Made by a program: the position numbers and the translations under genes | NCBI GenBank assembly: GCA_018971305.1 | Contig: JAGXBC010000004.1 | Span: 4,028-68,027, forward strand | DNA length: 64,000 bases | Direction: 5' to 3' | DNA from: Patescibacteria group bacterium | GTDB taxonomy: Bacteria; Patescibacteriota; Minisyncoccia; UBA6257; 2-01-FULL-56-20 | In this document: positions 18,517-27,783 of the stretch, in pieces | Numbering within the stretch: position 1 is the stretch's first letter | Layout of the letters: every line of letters begins with the position of its first letter | The notes under the pieces: model-generated | Told to the model about the DNA's origin: nothing | What the model saw: only the letters and a program-made list of their open reading frames with translations | Database searches by the model: none

Positions 18517-20358
18517 TTATTGCGCCGCTTTGCCCGCAACCTTCCGGGTCTTATCAGCCAGGAATCCCTCTACCTGCATGTCAACCATCTCTTTATAAGT
18601 AGAGCAGGTCTGCATCAGCTCTTCGTGCGGCCCGTTGCCGATGATTTTTCCATCTTCAAGGACAAGGATTTTATCCGAGTGGCGAACCGTAGAGAGACGG
18701 TGAGCGATGATAAGCGTTGTTCTTACTTTTATCAATTCGTTGATTCCTTCTTGAACTTTCTTTTCGGTGATGCTGTCCAACGCGCTCGTCGGCTCATCCA
18801 GAACAACGATGCGCGGATCTTTAAGAATCGCCCTGGCTATTGCGAGACGCTGTTTCTCTCCACCGGAGAGACGCACTCCCCTTTCACCTATTAAGGCGTC
18901 GTAGCCCTTAGGAAGCCTCTGGATAAACTCGTCTGCATGAGCCTGTTTAGCTGCCCTTACTACTTGCTCTCTCGTCGCCCAAGGATCTCCGTAGGCGATA
19001 TTTTGCGCTACCGTTTCGTTATACATCGCGTTCTCCTGCAGAACGGTGCCGACGTATTTTTTTATCTCTTCGGGATTGAAGCTGTTCAAGTTCGCGCCAT
19101 CAATGGTTATTATTCCGCTCGTGGGATCAACCAGGCGCGTGAGCAACGTCATGATGGTCGTCTTACCCGAACCGGAGTGCCCGACTAAAGCCACGGTTTT
19201 CCCCGCGTCTATCGTGAACGAAACATCGTTCAGAGAAAAGGCGCTCTTCTCCTGAGGGTAAGAAAAGGAAACATGCTCAAATTCAACCCTCCCCTGCACT
19301 TCCGAAACTTTTGTAGGAATCCGGGGAACCGTTATCACATCCTCTTCGGCAAATAGACCGAGCAACCGCTCTATGTGCTGAGAACGCCGCGTATACTGAG
19401 GCAGAATATCTCCCAAGAGGTGTAAGGGGGTAAGAATTTCGTTCAAGAGCCCCATAAACATGAAGAGTGTTCCGAGCGTGATAGAACCGCTCTGGACGAA
19501 AAATATTCCTGCGCCCAAAACGAGGAAGCGCGCGATGGAATCCGGGTTAAGCATTTCCACTATGCGCCATTTTTTATTAAGTGAGAATTGGGAAGCCGAA
19601 GCACGGTCGCTATAAGCTTTGTGGCGCTCCACGAAAATTTCTTCGTGGGGATTCAATTTATAAGTCACGACGTTAGAGATCTGATCGGAAAGGTGCTCGT
19701 GCTTTTCTTCCCACATTTTATTTACCCTTCTCTGCTCGTCCTCGTACTTATTCACGTGCCTGATAATGAACCACAAAGTTGGCGGTATAACGGAAACGGC
19801 GATAAGCGTCATCTGCCAGCTCACAATCAGGGCGATGGCAAGCATGCCGATAAATCCGAGTATGGCCGAAGAGAATATTCCGAGCCACCAGTTCGTCATT
19901 TCCCAAGTGCTTACATCGGCGTCGTCAATTATTTTCGTGTAACGGCTGGAGTGCTCGGACATGTGCTTCGCGTAATCTAGGCGCAAGAGGCGCCGATAGC
20001 CGCTGATATTCGCTTCCTGCGAACTGATATTTCCTATCTTCCAGACGAGGAACGAGGTCTGCGCGCTTGCGACATTGACTATAACCGCGAGAACAAACCA
20101 GAAAGCAACCACCATAACCAAGGTTTGCGTCTGTGAAGCAAGAAAACCGCCGCTGACAAGGCCATTGGTCAAAGTATCCACAACAACCTTATAAAGATAA
20201 GGTTCGGTAAGACGCGCCGCCACGCTCACGAAAAGCAGGGTCGCTAAAACTGCCATGGACCGCTTTTGTTTGAAAGCGAGCTTAAAGATATATCTCAAAT
20301 AATCCGGTATGAATTTTTTTGTTTTGCGGGTATCCATTGTTTTTATTTTATTTTGCAT
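18517..20358 (-). CDS. ABC transporter, fused permease/ATP-binding type (MsbA/lipid A exporter-like). Track ORF extends to 20424 via a TTG inside a leader hairpin; likely ATG start at Met23.
   Basis: Six-TM ABC_membrane domain, Walker A GHSGSGKTT, signature LSGGEKQRLAIARA, Walker B VVLDEPTSALD. AAGGAG SD before Met23. Confidence 0.85.
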   Translation of the reverse strand: MQNKIKTMDTRKTKKFIPDYLRYIFKLAFKQKRSMAVLATLLFVSVAARLTEPYLYKVVVDTLTNGLVSGGFLASQTQTLVMVVAFWFVLAVIVNVASAQTSFLVWKIGNISSQEANISGYRRLLRLDYAKHMSEHSSRYTKIIDDADVSTWEMTNWWLGIFSSAILGFIGMLAIALIVSWQMTLIAVSVIPPTLWFIIRHVNKYEDEQRRVNKMWEEKHEHLSDQISNVVTYKLNPHEEIFVERHKAYSDRASASQFSLNKKWRIVEMLNPDSIARFLVLGAGIFFVQSGSITLGTLFMFMGLLNEILTPLHLLGDILPQYTRRSQHIERLLGLFAEEDVITVPRIPTKVSEVQGRVEFEHVSFSYPQEKSAFSLNDVSFTIDAGKTVALVGHSGSGKTTIMTLLTRLVDPTSGIITIDGANLNSFNPEEIKKYVGTVLQENAMYNETVAQNIAYGDPWATREQVVRAAKQAHADEFIQRLPKGYDALIGERGVRLSGGEKQRLAIARAILKDPRIVVLDEPTSALDSITEKKVQEGINELIKVRTTLIIAHRLSTVRHSDKILVLEDGKIIGNGPHEELMQTCSTYKEMVDMQVEGFLADKTRKVAGKAAQ

Positions 20359-20394
20359 GGTTTCTGCTCCTTTTCTTCCGGCTATTTGCTCCTT

Positions 20395-20475
20395 TTTAAT
20401 TGACAAGGAGCTTAGACAAGCCAAAAATGCCTCGGCTTGTCTAACCGAGGCATCCTTTAAAATAAGAAAAGAAAT
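20395..20475 (-). promoter_or_regulatory. Structured 5' leader of the ABC exporter: terminator-like hairpin plus U-tract, with an overlapping alternative pairing (attenuator-like).
   Basis: Minus strand: ATGCCTCGG-ttagacaa-GCCGAGGCAT-TTTT, then GGCTTGTCTAA, which can pair with TTAGACAAGCC in the loop and 3' arm. The structures are mutually exclusive. Confidence 0.4.
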
Positions 20476-20665
20476 TGCCGATTTATGCCTTGGTTAGACA
20501 AGAAACTTTCGTTTTTCCGCCCCAAAACATAAGGACGCGCGGAAAAGCGGCCCGGGAACGGGCGTTCAGAATCATTTTGTGGCCGTAATTCTTCATAGCA
20601 AATTTATATTAACATATAACGACCTGTTTAGTCAATTGGTTACGCTGCTCGTACGAGGCCTGACT

Positions 20666-20881
20666 TTATTTTCCTATGTCTATAATTTTTTTCCTGCCTG
20701 TCGCGCCGGAAACAATACTCACCGCCGACCGCGAAACGCCAAAATGGCGGGCCAGCTTGCGAGCAATTTCGTCGTTCGCTTTCCCCTTCTCCGGCCGCGC
20801 CAAAACACCAACGGTTATTTGATTGCCGTTTACTTCCACAAAATCCTTGTGGAACTTTACGCTGACTTCGTAGCGCATCAC
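20666..20881 (-). CDS. DUF167 (YggU/UPF0235) family protein.
   Basis: VSVKFHKDFVEVNGNQITVGVLARPEKGKANDEIARKLARHFGV...IVSGATGRKKII resembles the DUF167 consensus. 4-nt overlap with msrB. Confidence 0.65.
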   Translation of the reverse strand: MMRYEVSVKFHKDFVEVNGNQITVGVLARPEKGKANDEIARKLARHFGVSRSAVSIVSGATGRKKIIDIGK

Positions 20882-21255
20882 TTATCTTTTTTCTCCAGCT
20901 CCAGACAAACCGAATTGATGCAATATCTTTTTCCGCCTTTTTCTTTGGGGCCGTCGTCAAAAACATGGCCCAAATGAGCTCCGCAATTTTTACAGACGAC
21001 TTCCGTGCGGCTCATACCATAGGTTTTATCTTCTTTAAGCTCAACATTCTTCAGGTTTGCCGGCTCGGTGAAACTCGGCCAGCCGGTACCGGAGTCAAAT
21101 TTAGTGTCCGAAGAAAAAAGCTCCGTGCCGCAGATGGCGCATTTATACATTCCTTTAGAATGCTCATTCCAATATTTTCCCGTGAACGCCGGCTCTGTTC
21201 CGCCTTCTCGCGCTACATGGCGCAACTCGGACGAAAGTTCTTCGTCTTTTTTCAT
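20878..21255 (-). CDS. msrB: Peptide-methionine (R)-S-oxide reductase MsrB.
   Basis: GTEPAFTGKYW...YKCAICGTELFSSDTKFDSGTGWPSF...CKNCGAHLGHVFDDGP...RYCINS: SelR signature with both zinc-binding CxxC pairs. Confidence 0.9.
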   Translation of the reverse strand: MKKDEELSSELRHVAREGGTEPAFTGKYWNEHSKGMYKCAICGTELFSSDTKFDSGTGWPSFTEPANLKNVELKEDKTYGMSRTEVVCKNCGAHLGHVFDDGPKEKGGKRYCINSVCLELEKKDK

Positions 21256-21893
21256 TTTTCAGAATTTTTTAAAAGCTCGTGGAACTTTTCTTTAAGTTTA
21301 TCCATTTTGGGATTAATGACAATCTGGCAGTATGGCGCCGAGGTATTGTTCTTATAGTATTGTCTGTGATAATCTTCGGCATCATAAAAGTCACCAAGCG
21401 GTACAATTTCCGTGACTACTTTTGGGCCGGATTTATTAAGTTCTTTGATAAATGCTTCCGCCGATTTTTTCTGTTCATCTGTCGCATAGAAAATCGCCGA
21501 GCGATACTGGGTACCCGTATCCGCTCCCTGGCGGTTTAAAGTCGTGGGGTCATGCGTGGCAAAAAAAACCGTCAGCAAGTCGCTATAGGAAATCTTTTCC
21601 GGGTTGTATTCTATTTTAATCGCCTCAGCATGACCTGTTCTGCCGGTGCAGACTTGTTCGTAGGTTGGATTTTTTGTGGTGCCGCCAGTATATCCGGGCA
21701 TAACGGAAACAACGCCCTTCAGTTCTTCAAAAACCGCTTCTGTGCACCAAAAACAGCCTCCCGCGAAAACAGCTCTTTGAATTTCGTTTTCCATAAAATT
21801 ATTAGCCGAAGGTAAAAGTATAGGCATCCAAACCAGGAGAATCAATAATAATTTCCAGCGTATGCTCGCTTGAACCATCGGAACACACGCCAT
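21252..21893 (-). CDS. msrA: Peptide-methionine (S)-S-oxide reductase MsrA, possibly exported. N-terminal hydrophobic segment; the catalytic domain starts at Met34 (21794). A start at 21893 would overlap the tlpA 3' end by 92 nt.
   Basis: AVFAGGCFWCTEAVFEELKGV...GYTGG...NPTYEQVCTGRTGHAEAIKIEYNP is the MsrA GCFWC signature. Upstream residues MVQASIRWKLLLILLVWMPILLPSA look like a Sec signal. Confidence 0.85.
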   Translation of the reverse strand: MACVPMVQASIRWKLLLILLVWMPILLPSANNFMENEIQRAVFAGGCFWCTEAVFEELKGVVSVMPGYTGGTTKNPTYEQVCTGRTGHAEAIKIEYNPEKISYSDLLTVFFATHDPTTLNRQGADTGTQYRSAIFYATDEQKKSAEAFIKELNKSGPKVVTEIVPLGDFYDAEDYHRQYYKNNTSAPYCQIVINPKMDKLKEKFHELLKNSEK

Positions 21894-23022
21894 TGGGAGA
21901 ACAATTGCCGCGATTATCTATTATATTGTATAACCTACTCTCCTGGATCGTAACTTTTCCGTTGTGAACATCGCTTCCCGCCGCGGCGGCAGAAACCGGT
22001 TGGCCGTCTTGAAAAATTTCTATCGTTGCACCTTTCGGAGCGTCGGCGACAAAATATACCCTGGCTGCGTTGTACTTATATATGATTTTGGTTCCAACTG
22101 CATTGTTAGTCGCATACTCATTCTGGAAATTCCAGCTGCCGGTAAGATACAAACTATTAAGACTTATATTTTGCGGCACCTGCAGATTCTGGCTGCCCGC
22201 AGTTCCCTGAACCCCGTTCGCGAGATACTGATTTCGGGCCGCGCCAAAATAAGTTTCGGGACTTAAAAATCCACCGGAGATATTGCTCTGCGGCACGGAA
22301 ACAGTTGATGTCAGCATCTCTCCTTGCGCAACGCCAAGAACCCTGCTCCGTTCAGCAAGTAATTTCTGTATCTCGGTCTCTGTTTCGCCGTAATTCCCTT
22401 CTCCTATCTGGTCGTGCACGATATAACCGGCAAGATCAATAAGATATTCGTGCGGCCAATATTGGTTGGAGTAAGCAGTCCAAGTTCCGTAGTCGCTGTC
22501 TAAAACAACCGGGTATTTAATTCCAAATTTCTCCGTCGCCGCTTTCACGTTGTCGTACCTTTTTTCAAAATCAAATTCCGGAGTATGAATTCCGACTATT
22601 TCCAATCCCTCGTCGCGATACCTTTGATACCAAGAATTAAGGTACGGAAGCGTGCGGATGCAGTTGATACAGCTATATGTCCAAAAGTCCAAAAGAATAA
22701 TTTTTTTGCCGATGAGGTTTTTTAGCAGGAACGAAGAACTGGCGTTTATAAAATCTGTCGGATTAGAGATCTCTATTGCCGGCTGATATCCAGCTTTTTT
22801 ATCTGCGGCGGCAATGTCAGAGATGTTCAGGCTGGGTTTTACCGCTGAATTTTTGCCGGAAGAGGCCAACACGTCAATAGAAGATGTAGCCGCATCTATG
22901 TTTAGCGCCTGAGAAGGATTGCTGTTATCGGTGGCACCAGGACGAGCCTTCGTACTTTCAATGTACCAAATGGAAACGATGATTAAGACCACAACGATTA
23001 TTAACGCTAAATTCTTTTTCAT
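21802..23022 (-). CDS. Membrane-anchored thioredoxin-like thiol-disulfide oxidoreductase (TlpA/ResA-like redoxin) with a C-terminal extension domain.
   Basis: N-terminal TM. Redoxin fold with LLDFWTYSCINCIRTLP (CxxC). Lies between ccdA and msrA. Confidence 0.75.
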   Translation of the reverse strand: MKKNLALIIVVVLIIVSIWYIESTKARPGATDNSNPSQALNIDAATSSIDVLASSGKNSAVKPSLNISDIAAADKKAGYQPAIEISNPTDFINASSSFLLKNLIGKKIILLDFWTYSCINCIRTLPYLNSWYQRYRDEGLEIVGIHTPEFDFEKRYDNVKAATEKFGIKYPVVLDSDYGTWTAYSNQYWPHEYLIDLAGYIVHDQIGEGNYGETETEIQKLLAERSRVLGVAQGEMLTSTVSVPQSNISGGFLSPETYFGAARNQYLANGVQGTAGSQNLQVPQNISLNSLYLTGSWNFQNEYATNNAVGTKIIYKYNAARVYFVADAPKGATIEIFQDGQPVSAAAAGSDVHNGKVTIQESRLYNIIDNRGNCSPNGVCSDGSSEHTLEIIIDSPGLDAYTFTFG

Positions 23023-23024
23023 TT

Positions 23025-23744
23025 TTATAAATTATGATTTAAAAGAAAATTATTTACGAAATCAAAATTAGCAACCAGCTGAAGGCTTTGCGTAAACACG
23101 AGCACGCCGAGGACAACGAGAACCGCTCCGAACACTTTTGTTACGTATTCAAGTTTATCGGCATAACGATTAATAAAGGATGATGCCCGGGCGGCAAGAG
23201 CTCCGACAACAAGAAACGGAATCCCTAATCCTATCGCGTAAGACAGCAAAAGATAGAAGGCCTCTCCCGGAGCTGAGGCCGCCAATCCTAAAATCCCACC
23301 AAGAATAGGACCGACGCACGGCGTCCAGCCGGCGGCGAAAGCGAAACCGAACGCGAGCGAAGTAAGATAACGCGAACGAAAACCGAAACCAACGCGCATT
23401 TTATGGTCAAACTCCAAAAAAGAGATTTTGAAAAATCCCATTAAATATAGTCCGAAGAAAATAATTAGCGCCCCGCCGATGCGCGCCAGCCAATCCTGCA
23501 CCGCGTAAGCGGCATGGGAGAGAACGCTATTCAGAAGTACGCCAAGAATGGCGAAGACAACCGAGAACCCGATTACAAAAAATAAACTGTTCAAAAAAAT
23601 AGCGGAGCGAGACGACTTAGAAGCGCCCGATGAAGATTCGCCGGCAAGATAGGCCAAAAATCCTGGGATGATAGGCAAAACACACGGCGACAAAAAAGAA
23701 ACTATTCCTGCCACAAATGCGACGACTATGGGAATATTGAGCAT
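23025..23744 (-). CDS. ccdA: Cytochrome c-type biogenesis protein CcdA (DsbD transmembrane-domain family).
   Basis: Six TM helices with the two conserved Cys in LSPCVLP and GWTPCVGP. Confidence 0.85.
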   Translation of the reverse strand: MLNIPIVVAFVAGIVSFLSPCVLPIIPGFLAYLAGESSSGASKSSRSAIFLNSLFFVIGFSVVFAILGVLLNSVLSHAAYAVQDWLARIGGALIIFFGLYLMGFFKISFLEFDHKMRVGFGFRSRYLTSLAFGFAFAAGWTPCVGPILGGILGLAASAPGEAFYLLLSYAIGLGIPFLVVGALAARASSFINRYADKLEYVTKVFGAVLVVLGVLVFTQSLQLVANFDFVNNFLLNHNL

Positions 23745-23826
23745 TTGATTATTATAAAGAATAATCCGGTATTGGGAAAATCATGAGAATACTAGATAAA
23801 TGTGATGTTACCGAAAACTAGAATAT

Positions 23827-24423
23827 TTATCGGCGGTATTTTGCCGTAATCCTATTATGAATCCTTACTAAAACGAAAATTACTATGCTAACCGCTATCA
23901 CGCCCGCGAAAATACTTAAATATCCGGAAAAATTATTCCAATAATTGCCTGCGGTATAGCCGATAAATAAAGCCGCGGCAGGCTCAATTAAATTTCCCAG
24001 TAAATCATAAACGATAAACGTTCTGAATGGCACGCGCACAAGTCCCGATAAGAGCGAAGCTATGGGACTCAAAGAACCGGCAAAACGCGTTATAAACACA
24101 GTGACTGCAGCATCAACAACCAACTCTTCTTTAAGCCTAAGAAAAAAACGGCTCTCCCCCATGCCCAACCAATGAATAATATCTTCGCCGTATTTCCTCG
24201 TGATGCTATAATCGAACAAATCTCCAAGAGTATTGGCGATGACAGCAACCGTTAAGGATAACCAGATGTTAAAATGCCCCTGGAAAGAAAGTGCGCCTAT
24301 GGCTAAAAGCATTGCGTTTCCAGGCAACGGGAGAATCACTGCAGCGAAAAAAACAAATGCGAAAAGCGCCGCATATCTATAGATAAGGATATAAGAAATG
24401 AATGAGCCGAGTAGCGTCTCCAT
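23827..24423 (-). CDS. DedA / VTT (SNARE-associated) family membrane protein.
   Basis: Membrane-protein topology and length typical of DedA. Confidence 0.7.
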   Translation of the reverse strand: METLLGSFISYILIYRYAALFAFVFFAAVILPLPGNAMLLAIGALSFQGHFNIWLSLTVAVIANTLGDLFDYSITRKYGEDIIHWLGMGESRFFLRLKEELVVDAAVTVFITRFAGSLSPIASLLSGLVRVPFRTFIVYDLLGNLIEPAAALFIGYTAGNYWNNFSGYLSIFAGVIAVSIVIFVLVRIHNRITAKYRR

Positions 24424-24492
24424 CGCGGTTGATTATTTTATCTTTGCAACTATAATATCCGGCATTAGCTCAGCCGCAGAATAATGGCACAC

Positions 24493-24915
24493 TCAAGCAA
24501 TCGGACTATTTTTAATAAGGGTAAGGGCAATAGCAGAAAAAATGAAAATTAAAATATAAAAAATAAGTCCGTAAGCACAGGTTGAAAGCCCGAGAGTCCC
24601 TGTAACGCGCGACTGCATAATCTCTTGGACGGTAAAACTGCCGGAAAAAATTATTCCCAAAAAAGATACGGCGAGATCTGTCTTGATCGCTTTCCTAACA
24701 GATATCTTTCCGAAAAATACCAGCGAGGTGACCATGAACATCAGGACATACATTCCGAAACCGTACCAGCAGGAAGGATATCCCAAAAAATACGGGCAGG
24801 ATTCGTTGAAGGCGCAAGTACCGCTGAAGATTTTTACCCCGCTCAGATAACCGGAGAAAATGAGTCCGGCAGAGATGAGGACAAGAATTTTTTTTGTCAG
24901 GTTTTTTGTGTTCAT
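24493..24915 (-). CDS. Hypothetical membrane protein (4 TM) with conserved Cys in the first loop. Possible thiol-redox membrane component.
   Basis: GTCAFNESCPYFLGYPSC loop Cys residues and four hydrophobic helices. No canonical VKOR CxxC, so family unassigned. Confidence 0.35.
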   Translation of the reverse strand: MNTKNLTKKILVLISAGLIFSGYLSGVKIFSGTCAFNESCPYFLGYPSCWYGFGMYVLMFMVTSLVFFGKISVRKAIKTDLAVSFLGIIFSGSFTVQEIMQSRVTGTLGLSTCAYGLIFYILIFIFSAIALTLIKNSPIA

Positions 24916-24944
24916 ATCTCAAAATTATATAACTGCTTTAAAAA

Positions 24945-26381
24945 TTATTGCGTTTTAATAATATTTATATAACTTCTCGTTTTAGGACCAAAGTAACCTG
25001 CCGGCGGATCAATACCAACGCTCCCCTGGTATTCGGAGAGAGCTTTCTGAGTCAATAATCCGAAGTAACCGGTGTTTCCGGCTACACCCAGATTGCGTGC
25101 CGCTGAACCTATATCCTGACCCACAAGAAATTTCTGCAATTCCGCCACGTCAGCTCCAGACGAACCAAGTGTCAGATTTCGGGAAAATCCAGACACAGAA
25201 GGGCTCGGCTGAACTACTGCCGAACCCGAATCTGTGCTACTGGTGGCATTTACGCTTGTCGCCGCCGCAGAAGAAAGTTGTTTCTCCTGAACTTGTGCCA
25301 TTAACTGCTGCAGAAGTGCCGTAAGGCTTTGTATTTGTTCCTGCAGTGAGGCCGAATCGGCCTGAGGAGAAGATGACGACGAAGAAGTTGTTGATATGGA
25401 CGTTGTCGTTGACAAATCAGTAGCAGAGGTTTGCGCCGAAGAAGTCGCGCCAGACATGGGCACAACAGAATTAGTAAAAGCAGCTGGTCCGTTTCCGGAA
25501 ACATTTATCGCGCTGACACTAAATAAATAAGACACGCCATTCGTCAAACCGTCGATAATCGCCGAAAGAGTGCTGCTGCCCACCGTAAGAGAACTGGAGG
25601 CGCTTGATGTAACAATGTATCCTGTAAGGCTTCCTATATTTACATAGGCCGGCGACCAACTCACCGTGACCTGGCCATCACCGGCAATCGCTTTCACGCT
25701 TTGAGGAGCGGATGGCAGAGGCGGTATTATTGTAAAAACATGCTGCGACGGATTTCCTGTGCCGGCGGAATTAATAGCATAAACACGGTAGTCATAAGTT
25801 ACTCCCGGAATAAGATTGGTGTCGGTGTAGGCAGTATCGGCGGAATTGGTATTAGACACGATCGTTCCGCCATTGCGCTCCACCCTGTATCCGGTAACGG
25901 AATCCGTGCTTAAGGCGGCACTCCAGGATAATTCTATTTTTGAGATGGATATAGGAATTGCAGAGAGGTTCTGCGGAATATTTGGAAGATATGCAATAGC
26001 AGGGGCTGGATAAGTAGCGGCATATGCTTGATTTGCAGAAACGGGACCGGTACCATCAGAGTTAATCGCTGATATTCTGTAACTATAAGTTGTACCGGGG
26101 GCGAGATTGGTATCCTGATAACTCACAACCGAACCCGTATCCGCGACTATAGTAGTGAAACCGCCCCCAACAGGAGACTCTCTTTCAATTTTGTATCCGG
26201 TTACTGCTGGATCAGCGATAACGCCAGGCCAAGACAGATCAATTTCCGAAGAATTTATAACATTCAAAGTGATAACGCCAGGAGCATATGTAGGCGTAGC
26301 CGCATAGGCGCTCAATAACGGAAAGGCGATAAAAAACGCCGGTAAAAAAACAAATAATAAAATTTTGTCGTCTAATTTCAT
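24945..26381 (-). CDS. Secreted protein with three fibronectin type III domains, a Ser-rich linker, a coiled coil and a C-terminal PG_binding_1 domain.
   Basis: Signal peptide. Repeated ...SW....TGY.IER...YSYRISAIN FN3-like units. C-terminal GSSGADVAELQKFLVG...GYFGLLTQKALSEYQ (PG-binding). Confidence 0.7.
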   Translation of the reverse strand: MKLDDKILLFVFLPAFFIAFPLLSAYAATPTYAPGVITLNVINSSEIDLSWPGVIADPAVTGYKIERESPVGGGFTTIVADTGSVVSYQDTNLAPGTTYSYRISAINSDGTGPVSANQAYAATYPAPAIAYLPNIPQNLSAIPISISKIELSWSAALSTDSVTGYRVERNGGTIVSNTNSADTAYTDTNLIPGVTYDYRVYAINSAGTGNPSQHVFTIIPPLPSAPQSVKAIAGDGQVTVSWSPAYVNIGSLTGYIVTSSASSSLTVGSSTLSAIIDGLTNGVSYLFSVSAINVSGNGPAAFTNSVVPMSGATSSAQTSATDLSTTTSISTTSSSSSSPQADSASLQEQIQSLTALLQQLMAQVQEKQLSSAAATSVNATSSTDSGSAVVQPSPSVSGFSRNLTLGSSGADVAELQKFLVGQDIGSAARNLGVAGNTGYFGLLTQKALSEYQGSVGIDPPAGYFGPKTRSYINIIKTQ

Positions 26382-26436
26382 CTTTTTTATATTCTATAAT
26401 TCTAACATAATGTTTGAAGATATTTTTTCTATCTAA

Positions 26437-26466
26437 AAATCCCGCCTAAGCGGGATTTTTAGATAC
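26437..26466. terminator. Bidirectional intrinsic terminator.
   Basis: aaaaatcccgc-ctaa-gcgggattttt: perfect hairpin flanked by A- and T-runs. Confidence 0.65.
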
Positions 26467-26480
26467 CATATTTTTTTATC

Positions 26481-27662
26481 TTAGAAATTTACCGTAAGCG
26501 GGCTGCCTAAACCAGTTACATAATCATAAGCATTCTGCGCAGTACAATATAATCCGCAACTTCCATTGGAACCTACGGTAATATCCCTGAAATCTGCGGA
26601 GTAACTAGCCGGCACGGAAGCGTCAGCGTATAATCGGGAATTTGTCGCCGTGGCACCAAGAGCACGAATTGCAGCCCACTGAGGAGCACCGGCAGACGTG
26701 CCACCGACAACAAACCATCCCTTTATTCCGTTATAGCCAAAACTGTCGTAAACGGACACGCCGGAATTGGGGTCGGCATCATAAGACACATCCGGCACTG
26801 CACGGAAATTATTGGCGTTCGGAACTCCGTAAGCAGACTGATAATTCGGTTCATGTTCGTAAGCGCTCAATCCTCCACCGCTTCCGTTCCAAGCAGTTTC
26901 AGAAACTAAATTTCCGTTGATATCCAGGTTCAAAGTTGTGCCACCTACGCTTGTTACATTAGAAGAAACCGCCGGCCACTGAACGCCGCTGCCCGAATCT
27001 CCAGAAGAGGCGAAAAATGCAGCGCCAGAATTTGACGTGAAATGGGAATCGTAAGATGATTCTCCGGAAAATTCATTGCTACCCCAACTCATAGAAACAG
27101 CCACCACGTCAGATCTATTTCTCGCATAATCCACGGCAGCTAAAAGATCGTTGCCACTTGAGGATTTTGCTTCCACTAAAAGTATTTTCGCTCCCGGAGC
27201 GATGGCGTGTGCCCATTGCGTGTCTAATGCAGATTCCAAAAGCCAACCGCTGTTTGTCCGAAGCTTTGGCGCCATCACATGCTTTTCAAAACATCCATTA
27301 GCGGTAGTACAAGCCGTAAGGCCAAACTGGGCGCTAAAAGTATTCAAGTCGCTTTCCGCGTTCGGGTTATCGTAAGCATCAACTATCGCAATAGTTCCCG
27401 AACCGCTTCCAGAGTAATAAAGCTGATAAAATGATTTTATTTGACTCGGAGATAAGCCCTTAGGCGAAGTATTAATAGAACCACCTCCTCCGCTGCCGCC
27501 ATGGCCGTTGGAACCATCTCCTCCTTTTAGATGAATAGGCGGATGCGCCTCAAAACCGTCCAGCGGTTGACGCGCCGAGGCAAATCCCGCGAAACCGAAA
27601 TATGCTACTACGGAAACTGCAAGCACAAACACATACACACTCGCTATAATTTTATTTTTCAT
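26481..27662 (-). CDS. Secreted S53 (sedolisin/kumamolisin-like) or S8-like serine peptidase with a Gly-rich pro-region.
   Basis: Signal peptide. IAIVDAYDNP (catalytic Asp region) and GGTSAGAPQWAAIRAL (kumamolisin-like GTSxxAPxWA catalytic Ser). Confidence 0.7.
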   Translation of the reverse strand: MKNKIIASVYVFVLAVSVVAYFGFAGFASARQPLDGFEAHPPIHLKGGDGSNGHGGSGGGGSINTSPKGLSPSQIKSFYQLYYSGSGSGTIAIVDAYDNPNAESDLNTFSAQFGLTACTTANGCFEKHVMAPKLRTNSGWLLESALDTQWAHAIAPGAKILLVEAKSSSGNDLLAAVDYARNRSDVVAVSMSWGSNEFSGESSYDSHFTSNSGAAFFASSGDSGSGVQWPAVSSNVTSVGGTTLNLDINGNLVSETAWNGSGGGLSAYEHEPNYQSAYGVPNANNFRAVPDVSYDADPNSGVSVYDSFGYNGIKGWFVVGGTSAGAPQWAAIRALGATATNSRLYADASVPASYSADFRDITVGSNGSCGLYCTAQNAYDYVTGLGSPLTVNF

Positions 27663-27741
27663 TTTGTAATGATATTTTATATATATTTAGATAATAGTAT
27701 AGCATTTTTATTCTGGCAAATCCAAATAAGAAAGATGGCCC

Positions 27742-27782
27742 CTAAAATAAAATTCCCCCGCAGCCGAACGTCTGGGGGGGGA
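27742..27782 (-). terminator. Intrinsic terminator downstream of the VWA gene.
   Basis: Minus strand: cccccccagacgttcggctgcggggg hairpin, then aattttatttt. Confidence 0.5.
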
Positions 27783-27783
27783 T

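Noticed and set aside
18517-20424. N-terminal 22-aa extension of the ABC exporter (track start at 20424).
   Set aside because: The start codon is a TTG lying inside the U-tract of a strong leader hairpin. An ATG with an AAGGAG SD exists at 20358, and the extension has no TM or ABC features.
24493-24915. Calling this membrane protein a VKOR homolog to pair with the VKOR-type thioredoxin at 58810.
   Set aside because: It has loop cysteines but no CxxC in a TM helix. Without a profile search the assignment is unsupported, so it is left as a hypothetical membrane protein.
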